This document shows, in pieces, positions 39,396-51,400 of a stretch of 64,000 nt of DNA. This DNA is from Macrostomum lignano. Lineage: Eukaryota. Positions within the stretch are counted from its first letter, which is position 1, and each line of letters begins with the position of its first letter. Made by a program: the position numbers and the translations under genes. The notes under the pieces were generated by a model. The model did not search any database and was not told the DNA's origin. It saw only the letters and a program-made list of their open reading frames with translations. The stretch lies in assembly GCA_002269645.1 (NCBI GenBank), contig NIVC01001797.1:172195-236194 (forward strand), given 5' to 3'.

Positions 39396-42300
39396 CTAAG
39401 GTTCACGCAGCTCCGAGTCAGAGCCAGCCTTTGCACCCTGAATCGATAGCCCAGCCTGATCCTCGGATCCAGCCGCCTCGGTCAGCCGCCGATCGGCCTC
39501 CGCCTCCGGGCGGCAGCTCCATTGGTTTGCGTGCGCCATCCGCAGTCCACCGTCTGGTAGGTCAGCTGAGGTCACCAGAGCTGTGTTCCGGCCGTGCTGC
39601 ACGATGAACTTGGCCGGAACTGGAGCCGTGCCAGGCCGAGCCCTCAGCCAGATGGAGTCACCCACTGCTCGGTCATCGTCAGCGGATGGCGCAGCCGGCG
39701 TCCCCACATGAGAATGTCCGGCGAGCTGGAACAATTCCCGCTAGGCCTGCTGGTGCGAATGGTTAGGAGCAATTTCTGCAGGAACTGGTCAAATGGGACC
39801 ACTTTCGTCCACGTCTTCAGCCCGCCTTTGAGACTCCTCACCAACCGCTCAGCCTGCCCGTTCGATGCCGGATGGTACGGTGGGGTGTGCATCTCCTGGC
39901 AGCCGACACTGTTCAGCCACTGCGAGACTCTTTCCGACCTGAACTCAGGCGCATTATCCGACACTAGCGTCCGTGGCACTCCATTTCTGGCGAACACCGC
40001 TCTCAGCACTCTCAGCACACTGCCCGCAGACCTGTCTGGGACCTGGACAGCTTCTGGCCAACCCGAGTATGCATCAGACAGCAACAGTAGCAAGCCCACT
40101 CCTGGCACCTCACAGTGGTCCATGTGGACCCGGGACCACGGCTCGCTCTCGGATGGCCAGATGTCAATTTTCCGCTGAACCACCGGCCGTCTTTCAGCGC
40201 ACAGCTGACACCGCTCAACAAACTGACGGACATCGCGATCCAGTCCAGGCCACCAGAACTCCTTAGACACATGGGCCTTAGTATTTTCCGCGCTCAGGTG
40301 CACCTCATCATGCGCGGTCTCCAAAATGCGCCGCCGGAGAATGGTCGGAGGCACCACCCTGGTACCGTGGATGACCAGCCCGTTCTCCACAGACAACGCT
40401 TCCCAACACGCTTTGTACGGCCGCTCCAGCTGAGAGACCTGACCCCACCGGCCTGTCCTGATTCTCTGCTGGAGTCTTTGAAGCAGTGAACACTGGGAAG
40501 TACTTTCTCTCAGCTCCTCCACGGTAACCAAGCCTCCGTCAGTGATCCACTCAGTCTGGTGAACCGACTCCGTCTCAGGATCGAGGTTTTCAAAGCTCAG
40601 CCTTGATAGAGCGTCAGCATCCTGCATCTTCTTTCCCGGCACATATTCAATCTCGTAATCATAAGCCGATAGCCGCAGAGCCCACCGGGTTAGTCTGGCA
40701 GAAACAGTCTTTGGAAGATTCTTGCAAGGATTCAGAATAAACTTCAAAGGCTCGTGATCGGTCTGCAGAATGAATTTCTTCCCTAGCAACATTTTCCGAG
40801 CTCGTTCAACCGCCCAAACAATAGCCAGCACTTCTCTCTCGATGTTTGAATAGTTGGTTTCTGCCTGTGTGAGCGCCCTGGACATGAACATGACGGGATG
40901 TCCAGATTGGACCAGCACCGCGCCCAAGGACTTCTCGCTCGCATCGACTCGAAGACAGACAGGCGCGGAAACATCAAACGGCTTGATGCACGGGTTTGAG
41001 GCCAGACTCCTTTTGACCTCCGAAAATGCCGCCTCAGCCACCGCGTTCCATTCAAAGACCCGGTCACCGCGGCGAAGCTCCTGAAGAGGCCGACATTTCT
41101 CAGAAAAGTTTGGAACCAGCCGTCCATAAAATTGAGCCAGTCCTAGAAATCTCTCCAAATCTTTCTTGGTCTTCGGCACCTCGACATCCATCACACGTTT
41201 CACCATGCCCGGATCGGGTTTTATTCCTTCATCATCAATAATGTGACCAAGAAACTTCAGGCTGTTGGCTTCCATCACGCACTTCGCCTCGTTGATCTTG
41301 ACATTTGCGGCCTTTAACTTGTTGAGCACCTGCTCCCTAATTTTCTGCAACTCTGCCCGGCTTGCAGCACCGATCAGCACATCGTCCTGATATACTATGA
41401 CACATGGATGGTCTCCCAGGAGCTTTTCCATCACACGTTGAAAAACAGATGGCGACACCTTAATGCCATACGGCAACCGGTTAAACCTGTAGCAACCAAA
41501 CGGAGTGTTTATGGTGGTCACCGCCTTCGATTCCTCATCCAGGGGAACCTGATAGTACGCATCCGATAGGTCCAACCGACAGAACAGCTTCTTGTTGGCC
41601 ATTTTCGAAAAGGCTGTCTCAATCGAGGGAGTGAGGAAGGTCTGGTCTTGAACCAACCGATTAACAGCCGAATAATCTCCACAAATTCTCACGGATGCCC
41701 GATCTGACTTCACCGTCACCACAATTGGACTGCCCCATTCCGACGACATCACCTTCTCAACGATTCCAGCACTTTCCATCAGGTCCAGCTCCTTCTTAAC
41801 CAAGTGCTTCAGCGCTAAGGGCAGTTCTCTGGCTGCCTGGAAAATTGGCCTAGCTCCAGCACAAAGACGGATTTCTCCCGTAGCACCAGATATTCCCAAC
41901 AAGCTCTCATACCTGTTGCTGGCGGCTGACTCATCAGAACTGGCATGGTGCACCGGTGCGAGGACCAGCAGATTCCGGCCGAGCAGCCCAAACTCCTGTT
42001 GGCAGTCGATGACGGGCAGCTCTGCCGCCTTGAAGCGGCCGATGTTGCCAGTGGTCTCCACCAGGCATTCCAGAACGCCCATCTGTCTCATAACGTGTCC
42101 GTCATACGCCAGCATGCGCGACTTCGCCGACTTCAGCGGGGGCCTTCCGAGCTCATTCCAGATCCTTCGTGAGATTAACGAGCAGGAGGCACCGCTGTCC
42201 TTCTCCATCAGTACTTCTCTGTGATTGATTTTCACAGTGCAGAACTTGGCAGGCTTTCCTTCTCCACAGTAGAAAACGGGCTCATCACGATAGGAGTCTT

Positions 42301-43194
42301 CTGGACTCAGCTGAGTGCCGACTGCTTCAGCTGGGGCAGCGAAGTGGGTCCTGGCACCGCGGCACACACGGGCAAAGTGGCCAGGCTTTCCACATTGATT
42401 GCAGGTGGCTCTCAGGGCTCGGCAGTCAGCGGGCTTCTGGTGCGATCTCAACCCGCAACGCTGATAGCGCTGTTGTCCGAAGTTCTGCTTCTGCCTCATA
42501 ACCGAATTAACGTTGACAGAGCCGGAGCTATCCGGATGGCAGTGAGCTTCATCAGCCGTAGTCAGACCCGCGGTCGACAGCAACCTAGCCTGGTGCACCA
42601 CTGAATCCACAAGAGTCGAGTGAGCAGCAGCCTGGGACCCAGCTGAAAAGTTGCTGACCATCAGCAGCTGCTGAACATATTCTGTGACCTGATCGACCGT
42701 CAGTTCTTGAGTAACTTCACGCTCGAGCACCTTGTTCCTGATGTTCGAGTTGGCCAGACCGGCAATGAGCCGCATCTTGATGAGCGCTTCGGCGGGGTCC
42801 GCTCCTTCCTTTTTCAGGCTCTCGAACTCGCATACGACGGCTTGCTCCCTGAGACGAGCGGCATAGCTGGTGACGGTTTCGCCTTCGGCCTGGCGCATAG
42901 ACATGAAGGCTGTCCTCTCAGCGATCTGCAGTTTCTTCTTGGGCTCCACAAACGCCAGTAGGCATTGCTTGATTTCAGACCATTTCATCGCAGACGGGTT
43001 TTTGGAGCAACCAGCTGCTTGACTTTTATGAGCTCAGCGACCCCGAGGCAGCCCATGAAAGCGTCGGTCAGCGCTCGTCTCTCGTCGGTATCTTCGACTC
43101 CTTTGGATCTGGCCTGGGCGTCAAATACTTCAACCCAGGTGCGAAGCTCATCTATGTTGCTCAACGGCAGCGTCTCTCTCAATTTGATGCTCAT
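39396..43194 (-). CDS. Gag-Pol polyprotein of the Gypsy element. Main ORF 42988-39644; N-terminus (43194-42990) and integrase C-terminus (~39670-39396) are in other frames
   Basis: CCHC knuckle CNQCGKPGHFARVC, protease DSG, RT YQDD, RNase H VDAS...EREVLA, integrase HHCC (HDEVH...CQLC) and DDE (MDH, SDN, QAER). Two apparent frameshifts. Confidence 0.92.
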
Positions 43195-43216
43195 TATCCT
43201 GCTTGCGACGCCAAAA

Positions 43217-43506
43217 TGTTAGTCTAGGAAAACTGAGTCAAGTCATGTTTGCAAGCGAAGGAGAATACCATTGAAAGATCTCTACCGAAGTGACGAAAGT
43301 ATTTATTTGACTACATAACACGAAACCACGTACATCAGTAGACAAATGCCATCCGATTGGCTGGGGGTTAAAACCATGCACACTGGCAAGCACAAATGTA
43401 CACAGGTAGGGGTAAAACGATAGCGCGCAAGAATGATCAGTCACAGGAGGGAGAGAGAGAGAGAGACAAGTGAAACAACATGAAAAACCAAAGTACAACC
43501 CCAACA
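43217..43506 (-). repeat. 5' LTR of Gypsy element (290 bp)
   Basis: Direct repeat of 38951-39240, followed on the minus strand by the PBS. Confidence 0.97.
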
Positions 43507-43611
43507 ATAAGGATATACATCTTTATCACCTTTTAGGCCTACATTTCTGCAACCAAAATTTCTTGAAATTGTTTTAATTTATAGTAATGTCTGTCATTGT
43601 CTCATTTTTAG

Positions 43612-44800
43612 ATGCCTATAAGATGCTGTATACCAAAGTGCAAAGGTAACCATACTAGTGAATCTGATAAGGTTTCAGTCTATGGTTTCCCTACTAACCC
43701 GGATAATCTCAAGAGATGGACCAATGCCCTTCCAAGCCAGATTAAGGTATAATTAAGGTATCTTTATTTGTTGTTTTTAGATTGTTACTCTTTCTACATT
43801 TGAAGTATTTGAATTATTATTGAACCCTATTCCCTTAACTTACAGACAGTTACCGAATTCATGGGTATATGCCAGCATCATTGGCCTAAAGATGTGTCCA
43901 TGCTAAAGGTCAAGCACTTTACTTGACCTGTTGTTCCTCTATTTATATTCCCTAATGTCTTGAAGAGCTCCTTGAAGTTAGACTCTGCCAAGTGAATATG
44001 CTACAAGTATTATTCACTACTTTTTTCTGTGCATATTCTGCATTTCACATGGACACAGATCTTTCATTATTGTGCCTATCTTTAGAGATATCTAGAAATG
44101 TTACAAAACAGAGTTTTGCTTGCCAAACAAACAGAGCTTCCTAATGAACTCAAGAAGTTCAATGCTGGTGACAAGATCTGCTCATGCTTATGGAATGATT
44201 TGGCCAACACTGCTGACTGTCTTGAGTTTGTTGAAAATCATGGGTGGCTTGTCCAGCAAGCAACAAAGCTTTAATTTATTATTATTTGGGACCTAACAAT
44301 TGAATTTTCTGTGACAGTTTGAGATGACCTCACTGTCTTGGTGCATCAAAAGAACATATTAATTTCAGTACACGACCTACTTGGATTCAAGTACCACTTG
44401 GAATGCCTTAGCCAGTTGGAGGCCATTGCTAATTGTGTTAGACAAGCTAGTATCATTGTGACTGAGGAGATCTCTAGTCACATGTCTGCAATGCAGGCTC
44501 TCAACTGCAAATCTGGTGACTTTCAACAGCAGTTCCTTCTGCACCAGTTGAACCTAAGAACAAAACAGTCAACTGGACAGTGCTACTTGCTGGAAGACAT
44601 TCTAACAGCTGCTAGATTGCTTTTTGCAGGGAGATGTGTAAATAATACCTTGCGAGACTTAATATCAGTACCATATAAAGTTATTATATAGCATTATCCT
44701 AGAGCCCTTAGTACAATAGCCAGTGATGAGGATTGTTGGTTGATTGTATAGGCTCAATTTGAATGTGCCAAAACCTCACAAAGGTGCTGCTCCATTAGAA
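43612..44800 (+). pseudogene. Decayed THAP-domain / P-element-type transposase remnant
   Basis: 43612-43746 spliced to 43846 reads MPIRCCIPKC...VYGFP...KRWTNAL...GICQHHW, a C2CH THAP pattern, then an in-frame TGA before PVVP. 44338-44691 reads FLLHQLNL..K..G..Y....L.AA.LL..G....LRDLISVP, like the P-transposase N-terminal region. No catalytic domain found. Confidence 0.7.
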
Positions 44801-45149
44801 AGCTTAATATCAACATTTGAATATGATTGCAATTTCTAACAACTTCAATGTGTTTTGCATGCCATGGTGCATCATCAGGATTTTATTAGAATGATTTGAG
44901 AAAGTGAGATTGAAAACAATTGATTAAACATTGGTTTTTGCAACGTACACAGGTAAGGAGGATAAGATTGAAAACAATTGATTACAATTTGGCTTAAACA
45001 ACATACATAGGTAGGTAGGAGAGAAAATTATAGATTGAGATTGAAAATTAAACCAAATGTACACAATTCTTGTTCAGTGGTCAAAAGGCAGAATCAGGGG
45101 CAGTAGCTTAAGTAATTGAACATCAAGTTAAGTGTAGACAGTGTACACA

Positions 45150-45840
45150 ATTGTGTCACTCACTGATCAGAAAACGCGGAGAACGTGACCTGCACCACTA
45201 TGTTGTAATTGGGTGTTGAGATTTGGGGTCTGAGCTTTTATGTGCAGGGCCTCGAGAATTCTAAGTTTGGCGTCAGTATGGCGTCAGTATGGCTTTGGTC
45301 AATGATTTTGAAGTGTTTTTCTGGTTTGCAGTCATTGCAATTAGTGCATTCAAGGAGGGGAGTTTGTATAGCAGATGGTTTGAGCCAGTGTTCCCTGATC
45401 CTCGTGTGTAGGTGTCTTTTGGTTTTCCCCACGTAGGAGACGCTCTAGTCCACAGAGCAGTTAAATTGGTAGACAACACCTGCACGCAGAGTATAAGGAA
45501 CACGCGAATTGAATCTACTAACAAAGTTCCCAATCTTTTTTGTGTGGAAGACAACCCAGATGTTACGATTGAAAGAGGCAAAGAATAACCTACGTATTCC
45601 ATTTTTAAAGGCTAGAGATGGAGGTCCAAGGAAGGGGAGACACAAAATGGGTTCAAATTCTTCAGTGGTAACAGATTGCTCAGGTTTTTGTCCAAGATGA
45701 ACTTGTTGATGATTTTTTGAACCTGAAAAATGGGGTAGTCATTTTGATAGAACAGTCTGGTGAGGAACTGCAGCTCCTGGTCAAAGTTGATCCAGGTATT
45801 ATAGGTAGTGAAAGCTCTATGGACCTGAATTACAAATATA
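45150..45840 (-). mobile_element. Penelope-like retroelement 3' fragment (RT thumb + GIY-YIG endonuclease), frameshifted
   Basis: Minus-strand reading HRAF...WINFDQELQFLTRLFYQNDYP...IINKF, then GVVYQFNC...YVGKTKRHLHTRIREH (GIY-YIG). Confidence 0.85.
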
Positions 45841-47399
45841 AATTACTATACTATTTATGCATTAGTGATGGACGGAATGTAGATTTTTGCAAGTTTCCAT
45901 TTCCAAAACCTAATCTAAATGTACAAAAAAGTTCTGAATCTAAATCCAAATATCCAAATATGTTTCCAAATGTAGACAAAAGTAAAAGGTAAATGGTAGG
46001 AATAACTATGACACCCTTCAATGATAAAAATGTCTCATCATCTATTAGTAATCATATTAGTGTTGTACATTAATTTATTAACAAGATTCAATCTAATCTT
46101 GGGCTTATACTATATCTATCTAGTATCTGAACTGAAATATATAATATATAAATTATATAAATATAAATTATATAAATATAAATATATTTCAATAATAGCA
46201 AAAAGAATAATACTAGGCCTAATCAATAAAATTAAAAAAGAAACTCTAATTTATTTTATAAGAATTTGGACAACTTCAAAAGCAAAATGTAAAAAATATG
46301 TCATATAGGGCCATTTTAGTGATAGGCCTAAACACTTTGGCAACAAGAAATTTTGACAATAGTCATTTTGGCAACAATTTTAGGCCATTTTTGTCTATAG
46401 GCCTATTTATTATGCCATTGGCATTGCAATGGGCATGGATAATATTTTTCCTCTAAAAATCAGTAGGGCCTATTTGATACCTTTATATGTTGTCAGCAAT
46501 TGAATTTTTAATTGACTTGTACAGCATATTTAAGTCTGCGCTATTTCAGGTTTTAGGTCATGTGGGCTGTGTGGATCAATCATGGCGATTGAGTGAGTGC
46601 AGTGCATGCCCGCGGGTTTGTTAACGGATATATCAGATTAAACTTGCAGCCATTTTCGAAAAAAATAATGTCTAAATAAAATTTTAACTAACAGTTAGAG
46701 TTAAAAATACTCTTTTGTTACTAATAAGCTGCTGGATCTAATCGGGTATTGTTAAAACACTTAGTTTTAGAGTACACTTGTTGTAATGCATAAAATGATC
46801 GTCTTGAAAACCCAGTCACACCTTCTTATTGAGGCTTTTCATTTTACCAATTACAGAATCAGAATCAGTTCGGATCTTCCAAGAAAAACAGCAGTATAAC
46901 TATTTAATTGTGTTGAATGTTTGACTGCCTTAACAACCTCACTTAACACAATTTTTCACTTTCTTCTTGGCGATTGTCATTCAATAATAAAAAATTTATA
47001 GCACGTATCTCCCTCTAGTTATGGAGACAAAAAGTTATACTTCACAAATTGGTTCTGGTTCTGGAACCAGAACAAGCAATATGAAAAGGCCCATTGACAA
47101 CGATGAGAAGGATGGATAAAAAATTATTTGAATACGATCTTCACTCCTACCAGGGACAAGAATACACCGATAAAACGAGAAAAGTTTTTGCTTCCCTGGC
47201 TAAAAACTATATAAATAAGAAGAAAACTAATTATATAAGAAAATCGATTAGCTACACATGTACATGTATATGCAGATCATCATTACTATTTAGACGATAT
47301 AGTACATGTAATCAACGCTTCCCAAAATTATTTTAATATTTTGATTAATTTGCCCTAATGGCAGATACATTGCAACCGACAGCTCAGCAGAAGCAAAAT

Positions 47400-47680
47400 T
47401 GCAACGGCGCATCTGAAGTCATGCGTCGTATTGTAATGGCATGTTCAGTCCAACAATAGGCCGCGGACTGGGTGAGTCGCCATGCATGTATACACCTCAA
47501 TACCCGAGCCAATGCTGGTAGCCATTTTACAGGTGGGTGAACTAGCCTGAAGCAATGCAGAGTTAAATGTCTTGCTGAGGGACACAATTGTTCCGAGTGG
47601 GTCGAGAATGGAATTACCTTCAAGTCGTGAGCGATCTAACGCTGATCTATATAATTATAGTCACTTGGGCTACAAACCCC
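47400..47680 (-). mobile_element. Diverged second copy of the tRNA-derived SINE
   Basis: Shares GGCGCATCTGAAG, TGAAGCAATGCAGAGTTAA.TGTCTTG, TTGTTCCGAGTGGGTCGAGAAT and GGCTACAA with 63140-63396. B box degraded. Confidence 0.8.
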
Positions 47681-48439
47681 TCCAAAATTGCTATGTAATG
47701 ATCACAACAAGAGTGGTTATAAAGGACTAATAGCACCAGTGGTGCCCCATGCTACGAAGAGGAAAAGGGGAAGGAAGTGAAAGAAGATGGGGAGACGAGA
47801 TGATGGAAGGAGAACAAGATAAAAAGAAGCCAAACTGATGATCTACGTGGTCTACTTGTCTTTGAGGTATCTGAATTGAATCGATGTTTTAAAAAGCTTA
47901 ATTTTGCTTTTAAAAAGCTTGCAAATGTACAACACCGTTCGATCAATAATAATTTAATAGAAATTTTACTGTACTGCATGTGCATCGAATCAGCGCTAAA
48001 TGGATCAGCAAGGCCCCAAAATGGCGTGGCATTTGTGTATAATTGTGCATAATGTGGTAAATTACTTGTACAGTATAGTAGCTATCGAGAACGTTCATTT
48101 CACGTATTAACGTCTACATTTTAATTCTGCATGCATATCGCAGATCGCGTTCGAATTTGCGCCTCTACGTCTCTGCGTGAATAAACATTCGAACCTGCAA
48201 GCTAAATATAAAATCTACATGAAAAGAAGTTGTTCTTGGTCAATTAGAAACCGGAAAACAATTCTCGGATATAAATTTAATTTGCACATTCATTTTATAA
48301 ACGACTGCACGTCGATCGTCCAGATTGAAACTAAGGCTTGATATATACGGAAACATCTGAATTAAAATCATTCCAACAGCCCAGCGTATTCCGGCACTAG
48401 ATGTGAAAGCAAACAAGTAAGCCAGGAATCAGCCATTTG

Positions 48440-51400
48440 ATGGAGCGAACTTCTGACTTAGCTAGATTGTCAGGTGAGTGCCTAAGTGGCAAAAAGGCTT
48501 TGAATGAAATTCATTGACAGCAGCTGCAACAGCTATAACTTCTACCCTCCCTCAGCCCTCAGTTGGCAGCTATTCCCTCTTACCCTCCCTCAGCCCTCAG
48601 TTGGCAGCTATTCCCTCTTACCCTCCCTCAGCCCTCAGTTGGCAGCTATTCCCTCTTACCCTCCCTCAGCCCTCAGTTGGCAGCTATTCCCTCTTACCCT
48701 CCCTCAGCCCTCAGTTGGCAGCTATTCCCCTCTTACCCTCCCTCAGCCCTCAGTTGGCAGCTATTCCCTCTTACCCTCCCTCAGTCCTCAGTTGGCAGCT
48801 ATTCCCTCTTACCCTCCCTCAGCCCTCAGTCGGCAGCTAATCCCCTCTTACCCTCCCTCAGCCCTCAGTCGGCAGCTATTCCCTCTTACCCTCCCTCAGC
48901 CCTCAGTTGGCAGCTATTCCCTCTTACCCTCCCTCAGCCCTCAGTTGGCAGCTATTCCCTCTTACCCTCCCTCAGCCCTCAGTTGGCAGCTATTCCCTCT
49001 TACCCTCCCTCAGCCCTCAGTTGGCAGCTATTCCCTCTTACCCTCCCTCAGCCCTCAGCTGGCAGCTATTCCCTCTTAGCTGCGGCAGCCAATCCCCTCT
49101 ATATTTTTACAGTCGAGCATCTGAACTCGCACAAGTTCGCTTCGAAAGGTCCGGATTGCAGGGGATGCCTCATCAGACGCGAGAAATGTCCCAAAACTGG
49201 GGAAGCTTTTTGTAAGTGTTAAACTAATTATCTTTATGCCTCACTTTCTGGATAAGAGATTGGAAGAGTCCTAAAACTTTCTGTCTCGCACACTCATACA
49301 CACGCTCACACAAAGTGTACGCTCGTACAGCGGCCCTTAGGCATGTACACTTTCTGTGCCTTCGGGTTGGCCATCATGGCTGTATCTCACGACAAACCTC
49401 CGGCCAATTTTCGTTCACAAGCTCTGTCCCCCGAATCTACTCGTAAGTGTCCATGTTGTTAACATCTCGATTTTATTGATCCAACTTTCAGACATGATTT
49501 ACCACGCCATCCTTCGAGCCCACCATCTGTTCCTGTTTTGTAACGAGAAAGCCGAATCTTGTCAGGGCGTCATCGACCTTCGACTACCAATGTGAGCGCG
49601 CCCCCCCCCCTGAACTGGCATCCACTCAGATAAACTGGCACTCACTCAGATGAACTGGCACTCACTCAGATGAACTGGCACTCACTCAGATAACCTGGCA
49701 CCCACTCAGATAAACTGGCACCAACTCAGATGAACTGGCACTCACTCAGATGAACTGGTACTCACTAAGATGACCTGGCACCCACTCAGATGAACTGGAA
49801 CCCACTCAGATGAACTGGAACCCACTCAGATGAACCGGCACTCACTTAGATGAACTGGCACTCACTTAGGTGAACTGGCAATCACTCAGATAAACTGGCA
49901 CCCACTCTAATAAACTGGCAGCTACTCAGATAAACTGGCACCCACTGTAATTAACTGGCACCATCCCCCAAAAGACGCCCCCCAATTAAAACCCCGGCCT
50001 CGCTAGTATAACAAATTATCTCGAACTCTCAAACTGTCAGCCGCGAATTCAAGCCGGACTCCAGCTGGCCTCACTGCGGCGAGTGCTTCGAGCTTGGCGC
50101 CGCCGCCGCCGACGCCGCCGACGCCTGGACGGTCGGCGTCCCGCTGTCCGGCGGCGGCCGCTGGCGGGGCCCGTTCAACGCCTACGCAAAGTCAGCCGTG
50201 TGCGGCCTGGAGGCACCTGGCGGCGAGGACGAATACGAGGACGGCGAGGAGGCCAACGAGGGAGGCGAGCTCGACGAGTTGCTGGCCTCGCTGCCCGAAC
50301 GACCGGCGCCCGCAGTCACCGAGTCGGCGTCTGCCTCAGATTCGGGAAGTTTTTCGAGGTAGGCCTAGTTCAAGCAATAGCAGCTCATTCTACTTGTCTA
50401 TGGCCCAAACATCGTCATATACTACTATTAACTACATACTACTATTTCATTACATACTACTATTTCACTACATACTACTATTTCATTTACATACTACTAT
50501 TTCACTACATACTACTATTTCACTACATACTACTATTCACAACATACTACTATTCACTACATACTACTATTTCACTACATACTACTATTTCACTACATAC
50601 TACTATTTCACTACATACACTATTTCACTACATACTACTATTTCACTACATACTACTATTTCAGCGGCAAGCCGCGACCTCCACCACCGCGTCGTCGGGG
50701 TTCGGTGCTCAGTGGAGGCCTCCCGGCGGCATCTTCCCCGTCGCCGTCGCCGACATTGCCGCTCGGCCAGACAACGACTCTGTCGCCGCCGCTGCCAACA
50801 TCGTCAGCGCCGGCGACGAAAGAGAAGCCGCGCCCGCCAGTGAGGTCGACTACATCCGGGCAGCCGGCACGTCCTATTTCAACGGAGCCCGACAGGCCGC
50901 AGCTGCCGCCGAAACTGCCTCCTTCATCTACCGAAACTCAGCCGTCATTGCCACCCAAACTGCCTCCATCATCTGCCACAAATAAGCCAATGCTGCCGCC
51001 GAAACTGCCTCCATCATCAACCGAAAGTCAGCTACCTCTGCCGCCGAAACTGCCTCCATCATCTACCGAAAGTCAGCTACCTCTGCCGCCGAAACTGACT
51101 CCATCATCTACCGAAACTCAGCCACCGCTGCCGCCGAAACTGCCTCCATCATCTACTGAAACTCAGCCACCGCTACCGCCGAAACTGCCTCCATCATCTA
51201 CCGAAAGTCAGCCACCGCTACCGCCGAAACTGCCTCCATCATCTACCGAAAGTCAGCCACCGCTACCGCCGAAACTGCCTCCATCATCTACCGAAAGTCA
51301 GCCACCTCTGCCGCCGAAACTGCCTCTATCATCTACCCAAAGTCAGCCACCTCTGCCGCCGAAACTGCCTCCATCATCTACCGAAAGTCAGCCACCTCTG

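Larger units (their letters stand above)
38951..43506 (-). mobile_element. Full-length Ty3/Gypsy LTR retrotransposon (Mag-like), 4556 bp
   Basis: 290-bp TG...CA LTRs at 38951-39240 and 43217-43506 with one mismatch found by eye. 5-bp TSD ATAAG at 38946-38950 and 43507-43511. PBS TGGCGTCGCAAGCAGGAT next to the 5' LTR, PPT GGGGGGAGCAG next to the 3' LTR. Domain order gag-PR-RT-RH-INT. Confidence 0.97.

Noticed and set aside
42980-43005. Programmed -1 ribosomal frameshift in gag
   Set aside because: A AAA ACC is not a canonical X XXY YYZ site and the position is early in gag. A 1-bp deletion or sequencing error is more likely.
47052-47073. 10-bp perfect hairpin GTTCTGGTTC-TG-GAACCAGAAC
   Set aside because: Isolated, with no supporting context.
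49339-49442. Optional in-frame exon in SH2-gene intron 2 (ends TC|GTAAGT)
   Set aside because: It is phase-compatible, but would interrupt the PH domain, and its first 40 nt resemble 54182-54223, suggesting a dispersed repeat. Not included without RNA data.
50041-50200. SH3 domain reading of exon 4
   Set aside because: Joined to exons 2-3 it completes a PH domain (beta5-7 plus the Trp helix), which fits better.
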